Source of the DNA: Callorhinchus milii
Taxonomy: Eukaryota
Length of the DNA stretch: 64,000 bases
Direction: 5' to 3'
NCBI RefSeq assembly: GCF_018977255.1
Contig: NW_024704745.1
Location: 28,210,001-28,274,000, forward strand
Part shown: positions 10,891 to 25,363 of the stretch, in pieces
How positions within the stretch are numbered: position 1 is the stretch's first letter
Layout of the letters: each line of letters begins with the position of its first letter
Program-made: the position numbers and the translations under genes
The notes under the pieces: model-generated
Told to the model about the DNA's origin: nothing
Database searches by the model: none
Seen by the model: the letters and a program-made list of their open reading frames with translations, nothing else

Positions 10891-12127
10891 AAGATGCATG
10901 TGTACAATGTACTCGAGTGATATAAATATACTATCCTTTCAACACTTTAGATTCTTCTATTGATTGAAATAAACTTCCAAATAGAGTTGAGATACGATAA
11001 ATTAATTCAGTGAACGTGATATCCCAACATGTGATATAAAAAGACTCATACAACATGAGGACTGGTAAGGCAGTTCACTTTCAGTTTGGATATTTTTATT
11101 CCGTCCACCGGTTTTGAATTACTTAAAGCAGGTCTAACATTCGGGCACCATCCTTCCCCTTCCCTCCACCACCTGTGCTCCCAACTCCCAGCTCGGGTCC
11201 AAATTCCTGACTGTCCAGCATATTGGGACGTCCTCCCGATGTGAAAAGCACTGTACAAATGTAATTTGTTGCTGTTGTAGATCTACAATAGATATAACGA
11301 CATCATAATTCCTAAAATCTATTACTTCAATTAGAAAAAAAACCTACAATTCCAATATATGTGAAATTCAGAAGTGGATGAATGAAAATTGAAGAAAAAT
11401 ATCAAGGATGTGAACAAATTTGCAGATAAACGTGTAAAGGTGCATGGTGAGTATAAATGGTAGTTTGTTGGAAATTGCAGACATTTCAGAGAGAGTGGCT
11501 TAGACAATAAGAGCAAATAACATTTACAATAAGGTCAAGAAAAATATTGCAGGAAGATGTTAAATCGTCTTATCAGACTATGTTATGTGAGATATTCCAC
11601 TCTACATATAAAATGGACAAAAAGGCAAAATTCAGCAGTTAGCTGCAAGAGAATCTTTTTATCTTCAAATACTGCTCAGTTTAACAAGTTTGGTAAGATC
11701 TGTTTTTTTCCCATGAACATCAGTTTCTTCCCATCAGTTTTCTGACAAAGGTAACATGTTAGTTTATCAACCGGTTTTCAACTGCAGTGCAATCCAGTGA
11801 TCAAAGATACCCCTATTTCATCTTAAAATCTGTCTTATTAACCTTTATAATCCTATGATAGAAGCCGAAGTGAAAAGCAAAAGCTAGTGAAATCATGTTT
11901 CACTAGTCACATGCGTAGCATTTCTGGACTCACCTGCTAATTGTACAGAATTTTAGTATGTTGGATTCACCTGCTTTTTTGCTGAATTTGATAACTTGCA
12001 TTGAAAGAGTGCCCTTTACATAAAATATTAATCTCAAAGTACTTTACAGAATAAAATAAATTAGATATAAAATGAATGTTAGGAAGGCAAATGCAGCAGC
12101 AATTTGGATCAAGAGTATTCTGCAAAC

Positions 12128-12760
12128 CACAACTTGCATTTATATTTTGCCCTTCACGTGGGGTAGCGCCCCGGAACGCTTGACAGTGGCGGAGTGTGAT
12201 GCCGAGCCACAGGGAGAGGGAGAGGGCAAGTGACCACATGCACGATCAAAAGGGAAGTTCTTTAGGTGGGAGTTGAAACTGAGGAAGTAGGGGGAAAGAT
12301 GGAGGGATTGAAGGCCAGAGTTGCCGACATTCAACTGCAGGAAATTTGCAGAAAAAAGGCAGTCCTAGTCAGAGAACTGATGTGGGGTAGAAAGGAAAGC
12401 TGGAGTTCAAATCTGACACCCAAGTTGCGCACAGGTTGGTGAGTCTGAGGGAGAATCTAGGGAGGTTGAGGTGTTCAGACCCATAGGAGAGAAGACGTTG
12501 ACAGGAGCCAAAGAGTATGACTTCTGTCTAGCTGACATTCAGCTACAGGTAATTTGCGCTCATCCAGGCCCTGATGTCTGTCAAACAAGCTGACAGAACA
12601 TCAGTGGACTGGGAGTTGGAGCTGGAGGAGGAGAAGTAGATTTTGGTGTAATCCACATACATGTGGAAGTCGACCCCATTTCTGCAGATGACATTGCTGA
12701 AAGGGAGCAGGTAGATAAGGAAAAGAAGGGTGCCAAGCATTGTGTCTTGGGGTACTGCAC
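12128..12760 (-). mobile_element. L2 LINE fragment with RT remnant
   Basis: ORF 12543-12740 LGTLLFLIYLLPF..FHMYVDYTKIY (degenerate YADD region); L2 tail near 12130. Confidence 0.8.
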
Positions 12761-13369
12761 AGATAGCCGATTAATTAGAATTATTGGTGATGAATTTGGA
12801 TGAGGAAGGATATTAGTTGGAATAAGAGGGAGAATTTTACTTCTATTTTGAACACTAAACATTCTACATTTCTGTCAGACTAGCTTTACTTGGAGTCAAG
12901 GTCATGAATGAGTCCCAGGTAAATAAACATCTGCTCTCCTGTCTCAACCACCTCTGTATTCTCAGACAGATCCAATAATTTTTATCTAATTCAAGATTTG
13001 AATTTAAAAAAATGAACAGATTTTATTCAGCTGGTCTCCATATGGTGATAAATGTAAGTGGAAGGAAACTGCTGCCTGGAAGGGTGACCCAATTATTAAA
13101 GGAATGAGAGCAGGCAGTGACACTGAAGTCTGTTATATGTTAGTTGTTAAAACATGATCTTTTCATTGCTTATAATGAGAAATGTAGTGGACCTCCAACA
13201 ATAGATCTTTTAGTCTCCATTTGTTAATTTGTAAAACTATCTCGAATACATCAAGGATATCAAATTCATATGCAGTAGAAATTCAATTTAATTTAAACAT
13301 CATATGAATATCAAGCACTGTGTGATATAAGATTATATCTATTAGAGTATTGTGTCTAAACAAACTATG

Positions 13370-13742
13370 CATTGTCTTGGTTCAGTTGATAACACTCTTT
13401 AATTCTGATTAAAAACATTCCAAACTCAAACCCCATGTTAAAACTTTGAGCTCATAATCCAGTTTCACACTCCATGCACTACTTGGAGAATACTGTGTTA
13501 TCAGAATAAGACAATTAATTGAGGTCCCATATATCTATTCAGATGGACGTTAAAGAACCCATGGCACCATTTAAAAAGAGAATGGAGTTTTTTCCAATAA
13601 CTTGGCCAACAATCCTGCAGATCTAGTGATCTTTCATTATATGTCTGTTTGTTGTTGGCTGCTGGGTTTTCCTACAAAACCACAATCCCTACAGACTTTT
13701 CAATGTATATGGTACTATATCAAATGCAAGGATTATTTATGA
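13370..13742 (+). mobile_element. Older, longer Deu-SINE copy
   Basis: Core cagatggacgttaaagaacccatggcacc and tail atcaaatgcaaggattatt, shared with copies near 17230, 26770, 28040, 33400, 45105 and 53980. Confidence 0.7.
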
Positions 13743-16644
13743 TATGGCATTTTTATATATCAAATGGTTGGATAAGTCAAGTACCATTTTTATTAATATT
13801 TTACTAGCATAAGGATAAAAATCAAATTGTTCAATTGTGAAAAAAATCAAATTAACAACAGTGGAAAAGAATTCAGTACGTGATAATCACCGTAGGAAAG
13901 AAATGAAAGGGAAATAGCTAGGTACAAGGCTACCAGCTGGAATTTTTCACAATAGAATAGCATATGGTGCTGAAATGCTGAGAGAGGTTTAAGTTACTCT
14001 TAAAAAATAAATGAACAGGTTGCATTTCAATGTTAGTGGAAAATAGATTATGCAGACAAGCTAAATGGAATTGTATACAAAACATCTTAGTGTGAGCATC
14101 CTGAACTGCTGAGAAAAATCATTTCACCTTAGGAATAGATTTGAAACAATCTACATCAAAGCTTTGAGGGGAAAGGGTGGCAGCAATCATTCAAATGTAA
14201 AGTAGACAGAGATCCAGATGGTTTGACAGAGGTCAAAGTTTCATCAGGAACATGCAGCTGCAGTCTGCTTTCATAAAATGGTTGAAGGTGACAAGAGTAG
14301 AAAAGCATGAAACAGAAATTGAAAGGGACAACAACATTGAAAAAAATGTGGATAGGAGTATAAATAGACATGGATTAATGTGGTGATTAAAGTATGGCCA
14401 AGAGTTCTGCTATTAGTGAATACTGCCACACTGTGCATGAATTTTACATACAAAATGTGTTGCAACCTGTCGGGAAGCACATCATTCACCATAGGATGGG
14501 GGAGAAATCTCAAGAGAATAGGAAGCAATAGGTATGCTGCCTCACACAATACCGATAACCATCAGAACTTCCCTCATATTTCTCCTCGCTTTGAAGATAA
14601 ACACAGGTTGCAATAGTGAAATCGTGATTTTCCAGAATCTTATAGAACCAAATGAAAGTAGGAGAAAGGATTAAATCTGTACTCTGTAGATTTCAAATAG
14701 CACGCTGGAAATAAGAACCATAATTAAGCCACGTGTGCCATAGTATGAACAATAATTATAAATACCTGCAATTAAGCATGCAGAACAAACCAAAAACAGA
14801 TTATTCTTTAACACATGAGAATGAAAATAATATAAAAATAGACTTAGAGAAGATATACAGAAAGTGAAGCCGAGATGCATAACAAAGGGTGGTTATATTT
14901 TTGAGCACAAATAGTTAACTGTACAATTAAATTGTTCAACATTTTGAATAACAGGGAAATAATCCAATAATCTGAGGACATGAACAACACACAATTCACA
15001 GATAAACCTCTAAAACTGAATAAACGTCAGACTGGTCCGCTTGAGGAATCTTTAAAATTGACTGGCAAAGTGAGAAGATTAGGCTGAGAGCACTGACTCA
15101 CCAATGGCAACTCAACTCTCTGCTTGTTGAAACGGAAAAAGAATGAATAACCTTAAAGGCTCAAAGCAGAATTTATTTAACTGACAATTAGGAAGCAGCA
15201 GGACCATAATTAAAATAAACAAGAGAGGAAGAGAAAGACAAAAAATACAGTCAATAAGAGCCTGGAGCAGGAAACATTCACACACAGGAATGAACAAACG
15301 TTCAGCAGGTGACTTAACACAATGTGTTATTTCAAAACCAGTTGTTTAATATTCAAATATATTGCTAGATGCTTTATTAGGTTAAATGAGTGGGTTGAAT
15401 AGAATATTTATTCATTTAAATTGGATATAAACTTATCTAATTGAAGACGTCATTCGTATTTTAGGTTCACAAAGAATATATATTTTCAATGACTTTAAAA
15501 CTGCATGTTTTCCTCCAACTTTCTACCTTCTTCTCCTGAAGACAGTGATCCACAGGAGCATAGGATCAGGTGTAGACTATTCAGCCGTTCAAGCCTGTTC
15601 TGCCATTTAATTAGATCATGGCTGATCTGAACCTCGACTAATCCTTTCAATTCCAATTTCCCGCTTTCTCCCTATATCTCTTTACATCTGCATCGGTTTG
15701 GGTGGAGGGTATGGTGAAAGATGTAGCCAGGGTGTGGGCTGCCACCAGTGGGGGAGGGTCACTGGGGCACAGCCAGGTTTCAATGAGCCCAAGAATGTCA
15801 ATGTGACTAGCTGAGATTAGCTATCTCAGTACATCATTCCCACTAAACCATTGTGAGTGCTGAATTTTATTCTTTCTAAAAGAATAGGTATCCTGTGGAG
15901 GCCTGTAGGAATCTTTAATACATTGCCAATAAAATGGAGTCTAATTACATACATTTGTCAGACCAATTATAATTAACAATGGTGCCATTTTTTTCATAAT
16001 CAAATGGAAAATCTAAGCACTTTCAGTACTGAATGGCTGGAAAATGGCTAATGTGTCTCATAATAATTATCCTTGCATTTGATATAGAGCATTTGATACA
16101 GGAGGATGTCTCAAATGCTTCACAGGATATAGTATAGGATATAGTGACTGTGTATTTTGAAGGCAAATGTCAGTCATTGCTTTTATTTCTGCATGCTTCC
16201 AAAAACTGGTGTTGCATTTTAAAATGCCTACTTTTTTTGAGAAAATATGTGATTTTGCAAATGATTGCTGCAAAACTCTGTGTTGTGTTTAAGAAACTTT
16301 ACAGACATTTTAAAATTTGGAGCTTTTCTGAGGCTGAGAAGGGAAAAACGTAGCAGCCAAGAGAGCAAAATGAAGAAAGGCATAAAGTGGTCAACGCTCC
16401 TCTGATCAGAAAAGAACAATTTTAAAGACCATTTAGTGATTTCCTGAAACAATATGGTCAAATTGTATGAGCATTCTGAAATGCTGTGAGAAATGTAATT
16501 TTCTGTAGTTGCATAAATTAGTCACAACCATTGCTGTCATCAGAATTTCACCTGGTCAAACTCCTCAATAATCCATTTAAGTGGCAGAGAAGCGAATAAA
16601 ATCTGAAATCTAAATCCCACCTGTAAATTTAGTGTGGAACATAA

Positions 16645-17070
16645 GAACAAGAACAATAACGTGCACCTGTATAGCCCCGTCCACACAGGGAAGCATCTCA
16701 GAGCCCTTAACAGTGGGGGAGCCTGACTCCGAGCTGGGTGGGGCGAAAAGGAAGGTTTTCAGGCGGGATTTGAAAAAGGGGAGAAAGGAGGCAAGGCAAA
16801 GGAATTAAAGGAAAGTGTTTCAGAGTTTTGATGCATAGTGGCTGAAGGCACGACCTCCAATAGAGCGGAGGGGTCAAGGGACAAACAGGAGGCCGGTGTC
16901 AGTTGAGTGGAGAAGCCAGGTGCTGGAATGGGGAGTGAGGAGGTCAGAGAGGTAGGAAGGTGCAGGGAGTCAAGGGATTTGAAAACGAGTGTCGGGATCT
17001 TGAAGTTGATCTGTGATGGGGAGCCAGTGGAGCCTGGCTAGAACTGGTGAGATGGGGTTACAGCATTTAC
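16645..17070 (-). mobile_element. L2 LINE 3' fragment
   Basis: Homologous to the 20815-21562 copy on the opposite strand. Confidence 0.75.
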
Positions 17071-17229
17071 TTCTTGGAGGGGAGTGTGTAATTCATGGAA
17101 AAAATAGGTTTGAGTGACTGTGATTTGTAATGGGAGTGGAAAATAGTGATTCCAAGGTGCAAATAGTGATTCCTTCAGGTAACTAGAATTCCTGTATATC
17201 AAGCCAACCTGAGAGAATGCCGCTCTGAC

Positions 17230-17560
17230 ACAATACATTTCCAGAGCAGTGTTGGAGGTGTTGTTCTTCAGATAAGATAGTAAACTGAGTCCCTGTCTAT
17301 CTGTTCAGGTGGATGTTAAAGATGCCAAAGAGAAGCGTAAAGAGAAGGGAATTTCTTCTGCTGTCCTGGCCAATAATCCTCTCAATAAAATTGGTGATTA
17401 CTTGGTCATGGTTGTTTTTGGGACCTTGCAGCATGCAAATTGGCTGCCGCTTTAGGCTCCAAATACACGGTCTTTACACATCAAACTAAAATCTTGTGAT
17501 GCACTTGAGACATTTCAAAGATGTGATAGAGTGCTACATCAAATGAAAGGATTATTATTA
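17230..17560 (+). mobile_element. Older Deu-SINE copy (5' truncated)
   Basis: Deu core attggctgccgc and (TTA)n tail. Confidence 0.7.
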
Positions 17561-18377
17561 TGAAGTTCTTGTGCAGACAGTAATGATGTAAAACATGATG
17601 ACATAAGGCCTAATGAAAGCTTCAAACCAAGATAGTTTCAGGACCTTTCTTTTTGATACTTTATATTTTTTTGTACTCTGCACTTTGGTTGTCAATTACC
17701 ATGCTTGACTGAACATTACAACCATGGGCAATGTTAACCCAGAACAACAATTAGGAGCCTCTCAAAGTAAGTCAATTCAGGTCTGTTTAAGAAGTCAATG
17801 AAACTTAGCACTGAAACCTCACAGTCAGCTCAATTATTCAAAGCCCAAATGGAGGATAAAATGCTGTACCCCCTGTAAATTCACAAATAGACTTGCTGAA
17901 TGTAACTTTTGTGAAAATAAACTTTAACTGTTCTTCTTCTGCCTCTCCAGTAGTCATTTTTTCTGATACTCATTAAACCTCCCTTTCCAAACTTCTATGA
18001 ATCTTCCATTACATTATATTTCTTTCTTGATTGTTGAATTGCTAGCTCTTCAAAGAATAATTAGATGTTTTTGGTTCATTTTTCTTTTCTACCTCTTTTG
18101 ACCTTGTCAAAGAACCTACTTCCATTGCTTCATTGTTTTCTACCACTGTGATCTGGGATAATATCCTATCTCACTATATGAATTGGATCTTCAGCTCCCA
18201 GAACGGATTGCTTACATTTCTGAATGCCTCGTCTAACAACTCTTAAAATCATGGACATCTGGAGGATTTCTGTCCTCCATCCCTTCTTGTTTCCATTGTT
18301 GCTTCCTTTTTTCTATTTAGCCAATACCAGTACAGCTACAGTTTCTCCTTCTATTCTTCACTAATTTCAACATTTAT

Positions 18378-18741
18378 AATAATAATAATCCTTGCATTTA
18401 TATAGCACCTTATCATGTCTTCGAGACGTCTCACAGCACTTCACAGAATATCCTATAAAGTGAATTGACTGTATATTTTGTGGGCGAAACTTGGATGCCA
18501 ATTGTACACAGTAGTGTCCCACAAACAGTCAAGGATTGAGTGACTAAATTTTTTTTTGAATAGACTGTTACCCCGGGAAAAGCGATCTGCCAATCGACTA
18601 ACAACTGCGTTCCTATATACTGCTAGGTAAACAGAGGCATGTGGAGTAAGGAAATTTGCCAAAAGTTTTGCCCTGCTGGGAATCAAACCCAGGTCCTCTC
18701 GCTTGCAAGATGAATGCTCTAACCACTAAATTACTGGACTC
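18378..18741 (-). mobile_element. Full-length tRNA-derived Deu-SINE
   Basis: Tail, core and head as in 3066-3383. Confidence 0.88.
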
Positions 18742-19979
18742 AATATACAAAATCCCACACACTCTTCCTCCTTGTATCTGGCATAAAATTAACAGTATAA
18801 CACATTCCTCTGGAATCAATGCTCTGTTGTACTTCATGTCAGGGCCTTTAAAAACAAATGTATGATGTCCATTTGTGTTGTGCTGGCTCTGCTATAATGG
18901 CTGGAGCAATACAAAAGCACTGACTCCAGTCAACATAGTTGCTTGCTCAGATTCTCTTGGGCAGATAGTCTGGTACTCGTAATGTAAGTGAACGTGTCTG
19001 TATTTGTTAAAGTTACCCCAAACATTGTGCCTCTGTGCATAAACAGAGGTGCTCCAAGTCTGTAATAAACAATGCATTGAGTGGTGTAACAGATACAGGT
19101 AGGTGCAAATAAAGTGGGTGCTGTTCAAATGTCACCTTATTCAAATGGTATTAGGCTGTTAATTGCTGCAGTTACAACAATAGCATCATACACAGATGAT
19201 TAAATACTGATGCACTGGGAATACATGTTTAGGCAGTATGTTTAACCATGTTTGTTGAGGATATTTAGGCCTCATGGGTTTAATCAAAACAACATCGTCT
19301 TAAAATTTAAGAACATGCAGAATTTTGGAAAACTTTTAAATGAAGATTCAATTTGAGATCAGTTTTCTGCAGGCCTTTTTTAAAATCTGGGGAAGCTGAT
19401 TATCAATTTAAATTCAATTTAAGAATTTACCAACATACCTCACAACATAAATGATTAAGCCAGCAGTTTTAAGGATAAATCCTTGAAAAATTCATGTTTT
19501 AATGTTTTGGAGAACTCTGGTATACATAAACTTTTTCAGTGAAGATCTTGGAGCCAGTGAAATACCAGCAGTCAAAAAAGAGTAGCAGATTATTGAGGTA
19601 GAATCAGGCATGCAGGAAAAAGACATGCTGAGGATGAAGCAAAACCTGATTTTATGATAGGGATCAATGTTTTAGAAAGCACATAAATTTAATCAGCACG
19701 CTCCTTTCAAAGAATTTGATGTGGACTGATAGAATCTACTCACCATACTAAATATTTGATATATTTTGAGGGTTGAAATGTTTGCCTTTGAGTCTATTAT
19801 CTGTTGTTTTTGTAATATTCAGTTTAAGCAGGATTACAATTGTTACTTTACTATCTAATCAATTTTCAAGAAAAATTGATTAGATACTGCCTACTTGAAC
19901 TCTATGACCCTCGATGTAAAAAAAGATTTAGTTTAACCTTGATTATAATAAAGTACTATTTTCTTAATTCTGAATAATA

Positions 19980-20320
19980 GAACGATAGAAAGTGTAGCTA
20001 ACAGTGAAAAGATTGTAAACAACTTCAGGAGGACGTAAGCAACAACAACAACTCACATTTAGGCAGCCTAATAGATTAGGCAGAAAGAGGGCAAATTAAT
20101 TTTAATGCAGAAACATTTGTGTTAATGAGATCCTAGATTTTATAAATAGGGCCATAGAATACTAAACCAAAGAGATGATGATTGACCTACATGAAACATT
20201 AGTTAGGTCACAGTTATGTCCAGTTTTAGTTGCCCCATTTTAGAAAAGATGTCAGGGCCACAGAGAGGGTGCAGAGATTTATTAGGTGAATACCAGGGAT
20301 GAGTAGTTTAACCTATCAGC
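19980..20320 (+). mobile_element. Degraded CR1 LINE RT fragment
   Basis: Remnants of LQED..RL, FNAE, LVR..QF..PHFRKDV.A.ERVQ motifs. Confidence 0.65.
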
Positions 20321-20814
20321 AGAAACTATAAATACTAAATCAATAATCCTTGCATATAACATCTTTCACATGAGTATGTCACGGGAGTAGGCCTCAAAGC
20401 ACTTCACAGGATTTTACTGGAAAGTGTAATGACTGTATTTATTTTATAGTGGAACTCGTCAGCCAACTGTGTGTACAGCAATGTCCCATAAGCAGTCACA
20501 AAGTGAAAGACCAATTTCTATCTGGAGAATTATTGGTCAGGAAACCAGGACAAACTCTTTTTTCTTACAAGTATCCCATGGGATCTTTAATGTTGACTTG
20601 AACAGGTTTAATATCAAATTGAATGTCAGTTTAGCCTTAAATAGTTGTTATTTTACATAGTGATTTAACTCATGTGTTTCATTAACTCTCCCGTCAGTCA
20701 GTGTATTTGCTAATTCTCAACATTTAGTAAACCTTGCAATTGATATAGTGCATACAACTAAATGTTGATAAGATGCAAGCCATACTTATTGTCTCTCATC
20801 AATGTCTTCTAGCC

Positions 20815-21562
20815 TGCAGCTTTGACCTCTTCAACCTCCCCGGCCTATCCCTCAGACTCACCGAACCAGCATGAAAGCTCAGTGTAAGGTTCGACCCACA
20901 GCTGTCCTTCCTTCCTCGCATCCAGTACCTGACCAGGACCGCCTTCCTCCACCTCCACCACATTTTCCGCATCCGACCGTACCTTACCCCAGATGCAGCC
21001 GAACCACTTGTCCATGCATTCATCACCTCTTCACTCAACTTCTCAAATGCCGTCTTTGCCGATCTCCTCAGCTCCACCATGCACAGGATCCAGCTGATCC
21101 AAAACTCCACCGCCCGCATACTCACCCATACTAAACTCTGTAACCCCATCACACCAGTTCTAGCCAGGCTCTACTGGCTCCCTATTGCCGAACAGATTGA
21201 TTTCAAGATCCTCACACTCATTTAAAATCCCTTCATGCCCTGACATCTCCCTAGCTCTCTGACCTGCTCCAATCCCACTGCTTCCGCTCAACTAGCTCCA
21301 GCTTTTGCATGTCCCTCATGCGCTCTGCGCCACCATTGGTGGCCGCGCTTTCAGCCTTTACACCCTGCAATGCTGAAACACTCTTCCTCTGCCCCCTGCC
21401 TTACCCCTTCCTTCCCCATCTTCAGGTCACTACTGAAGAGATTCTTCTTCAACCGTGCCAATGGTCATCTCCCCCTTCCCCCTGGATCGGCGTTGTGCCT
21501 CTGTCAAGTGCTCTGGAACGCTATCCTGTGTGAGGAGCCCTATATAAATGCAAGTTGTTGTT
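20815..21562 (+). mobile_element. L2 LINE 3' fragment
   Basis: [39 protein letters not shown] and the L2 tail with (ttg)n. Confidence 0.85.
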
Positions 21563-21809
21563 ATGCCTTATCACAATATTGAAGTATCTCAAAGTGTTTC
21601 ACAGGGTTTACAATAAAGTGCAGTGACTCTATTTTGTAAGTAAATGTGGCAGTGAATTTGCATACAGCAATATCCCACAGTAAACATAAAATCAATGGTC
21701 AATTTTATCTGAGGATTGTTGGCCATGAATTTTGGCCATAAATCAAGAAATATTCAATCAAGTAAAAAGCTGAAAACACACAACCGATCGAACAAGGACT
21801 TACTTGGGT

Positions 21810-21832
21810 GGGGGGGGGGGGGGGGGGGGGGG
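21810..21832. repeat. G23 homopolymer
   Basis: Direct observation. Confidence 0.9.
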
Positions 21833-22074
21833 ATGTGGATGCTATTTGATGGCCTTGTGGGACACGTCTGGCCCATGGAACACAGGATGACCACCACTGT
21901 ACTAAATTCCTACAAATAATTCTCCAGATAATAATAATCTTTGCATTTGATATAACACCTTATTACGTCTTCTGTCCTCCATCCCCTTTTGTTTCCGTTG
22001 TTGCTTCTTTTTTTCTATTTAGGCAATACTAATACAGCTACAGTTTCCCCTTTTATTCTTCACTAATTTCAACA

Positions 22075-22452
22075 ATAATAATAATAATTATTCTTGCATT
22101 TATAAAGCACCTTTTGCCATCTTTGAGATGTCTCACAGCATTTCACAGAATATCCTGTAAAGTGAACTGTCTGTATATTTTGTGGGCGAAATGCAGCAGC
22201 CAATTGTGCATAGCAGTGTCCCACAAACAGTCATGGATTGAGTGACCAAATTATTATTATTATATTATAATTATTATAACCCCCGATAAAGCTATACGCC
22301 AAACGACTAACTGCTGGGTTCCTACTTACTGCTTGGTAAACAAAGCGTGTGGAGTAAGGAAACTTGCCCTACATTTCACCCTGCCTGGGAATTGAACCCA
22401 GGTCCTCTCACTTGTGAGGCTAGTGCTCTTACCACCAAGTTACAGGACTCCA
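22075..22452 (-). mobile_element. Full-length Deu-SINE carrying a duplicated flank (see findings)
   Basis: Same structure as 18378-18741. Confidence 0.88.
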
Positions 22453-25363
22453 CAGATAAATTGTTTATTCACTTCATGGCTGTTTGTGAAACATTCTGTG
22501 CACAATTGGTTACCATGTTTCGCCTACAAATACACACTTTTGCAATATATTCTATGAAGCGCTTTGAGACATCTCAACAACATGATGAGGTGCTATGCCA
22601 AGTGCAAGGATTATTATTATCTGTATGGCTCAGTGTTGCTCAGACACTGGACATTCACTTTATCAGCTAGTCCATTTGGGTAGCTTATATGATTTTTTTA
22701 TAATCTTGTTTCTCTGCTAAGGCTTAGCAGGAGCACTTTGAGATGTCTCAAAGACATGATAAGGCGCTATATCAAATGGAAGGAATATTATTATTATACT
22801 GTGAAATTAATTTCACAGAGTTTTTATAGAAGCTCATTCCTTTGTTTAATTGCCTGATGCTAATAGAATTGCAGTGGATTTCCACATTCCTGTTTTTCAT
22901 TCAATCGTATCACCTCTTTTAATTTCTTCAATTGAAGGCCCTTAGACAAAATGTCATACCATCAACTGCAAGCCCAATAATTAAAGCCTCTTGAGAAGGA
23001 GGTTGGTTAGTCAGTGAGCATAATCATTTCACAGAGTGTCTGCCTGAAGGTTTCTAATGAAGAATCTTTTAATACTGCTGACCTTTCAGAACCTTTATTT
23101 TTGTTATGCAGCTTACATTTGCAGACCTTTGGAAATCTCTGGGGCAGTGGCTTACAACATGTTTTCTTCATTCTTGAATGTGGAAAAGTTTCACATCTGC
23201 ACCAGCAATGAAATGTTCATCTTTTGAAGTTTTGATTCTCAGAGAGAGACAGAAAAATAAATCAAGACTGAAATCAATTTAACCGACATTGCAGAACCCC
23301 ACATTGCCTTTATTTGAAACACTTGTATTCAGTTTATAGTAGCTAACAACATAAGCCCTTAACTTCTGCTTAGTTACACTGTCTGGAACCTTTAACTACT
23401 CCTTCAGTAGAGAAACTCCGCAACATAGTAAAACATTTTTGCTTTATCATTCTCCTTTAATCCAATTTAGTTTCTGGGTAATCTACCCAAAGACAGGCTG
23501 CTTTTCCTATTGAACAAATTCCTTATTGCTGACTGGTGAGCTAAGGAAACAATGCATGAATCCACATTTAAAGAAGCAGGGTTATTACATTTAGTTTAAC
23601 TAAACGTATTACATAATCATTAATATGCCTTCAAATTATCAAGAAATACTATACAAACGTTTACTTAAATAGAACACCAACATCAAACAAAGTGGTTTGA
23701 TGTTGATGTCCTGTTTAACTAAACACAAGTTTCATTTGTGTCCGTTTTATTTTCTAGGTTACTTTACAGCAGCCTCTGTACCCAGTCAAATAATTAAATT
23801 CACATATTCAATCCATTTATTTTGAGTGAATCAGCCAATCTAGGTACCCTTTGAATATTTTTATTGAAATATTCATGTCGTCATTCTGCATTAGTTGGAA
23901 TAGAAAATTGTATTTTTAATTTACAAAGAATCACATGGTTTCAGAGTCAGCTATATACGTATTCATTTTGTGTGTGTATATGCGCATCAAGGCAGGGTTG
24001 TCAAGTGCTGGAGGATGAAATATCTTCCAGTTTACTTACTCAGAGTCAACAGCAAGCATTTCCAGGTCAGACTATTGCAGCAAGATATAAAACTATGCTC
24101 CCTTACCTCCACTCTGTTCCTATCAATGCATCCCTTTGCTTGTTCAGTTAGGAACACCTTACCCATTAAAACTTTGGCATACAGGGTTAGCAGGAGCTGA
24201 GTGGGGAGAATCAGTGCCTGACTGTCCCTTACAGGCCTGTTGATGAGTTAGGTTGACAATGCACCTTTACTCCAAACTATAAAGAGCACTCACTTGCACC
24301 ACCTGACTAACTGCCACTGGTCAGCCAAGACAGTGAATTCCTGACGTGGAGCTTGAACTCATAAGCTTTTGATTCAGCGGTGAGAGTGCTACCAACTGAA
24401 GCAGGCTGTTGCTAATCCCAAAACTGTCTTATTTGCAAATAAAAGTCACTTTCTACAATCACGCACAAAGCCAATTTCCACAACACATATGAATAAATGT
24501 TCCTGGCAATTACTGGAACTGGCTTTTCATTGACATTGTTGGAACTGCCATAGCAGCAAGGCAAGTGGGCGCCCACAATAACAGCTGCTGAGAAATATTG
24601 TAAAATTCAGATTTGAAAAAATACATTTGGTGAAAATATTGCTTTTCCCATTTGACATACACTGAAAAATAGATTTATTGTTGAAAATTGGTTAAAAAAA
24701 AACTTGAAAGGTTCCTACAAATAGAAGACTAACAATCAGTAGGGAAAAAACACATTTACATTTTCAGAATTAGCTTCCTCCAGCTCATTGCTTTGCAGCT
24801 CCCATGGCAACCTCACAAAGTTCACAAATAGCAGCTTAACTGACACAAAAGAATGCTCAAAATTCAACTGTTTGTCCCCAAGGCTTTGTCATATTTTATA
24901 TATTATAATATTACAACTCATGGATTGCCTCACCTGTGGGACGCTGCTGTGCGCAAACTGGCTGATGCATTTCGCCCACAAAATACACAGTCAATCTACT
25001 TTACAGTATATCCTGTGGAGTGCTTTGAGATGTCTCAATGCTGTGATAAGGTGCTATATCAATTACAAGGATGACTATTATTGCAAAATTGGTGATTAAA
25101 AATGTTCTTCTCTGGTTATTGCTGCTGGGTTCGATTTCTGGCAAGGCAAAACGTTGGGCAAGTTTCCTTACTCCACAAGCCACTGTTTACCGAGCAGTAA
25201 GTAGGAACCTAATTGTTAGTCAATTGGCAGATTGCTATTCCGGAATAATTCCTTCCAAAAAAATAAATAATAACAAATTGGTCACTGACTGTTTGTGGGA
25301 CATTGCTGTGTGCAATTGGCTGCCAGTTTCACCCACAAAATACACAGTCAATTCACTTTACAG

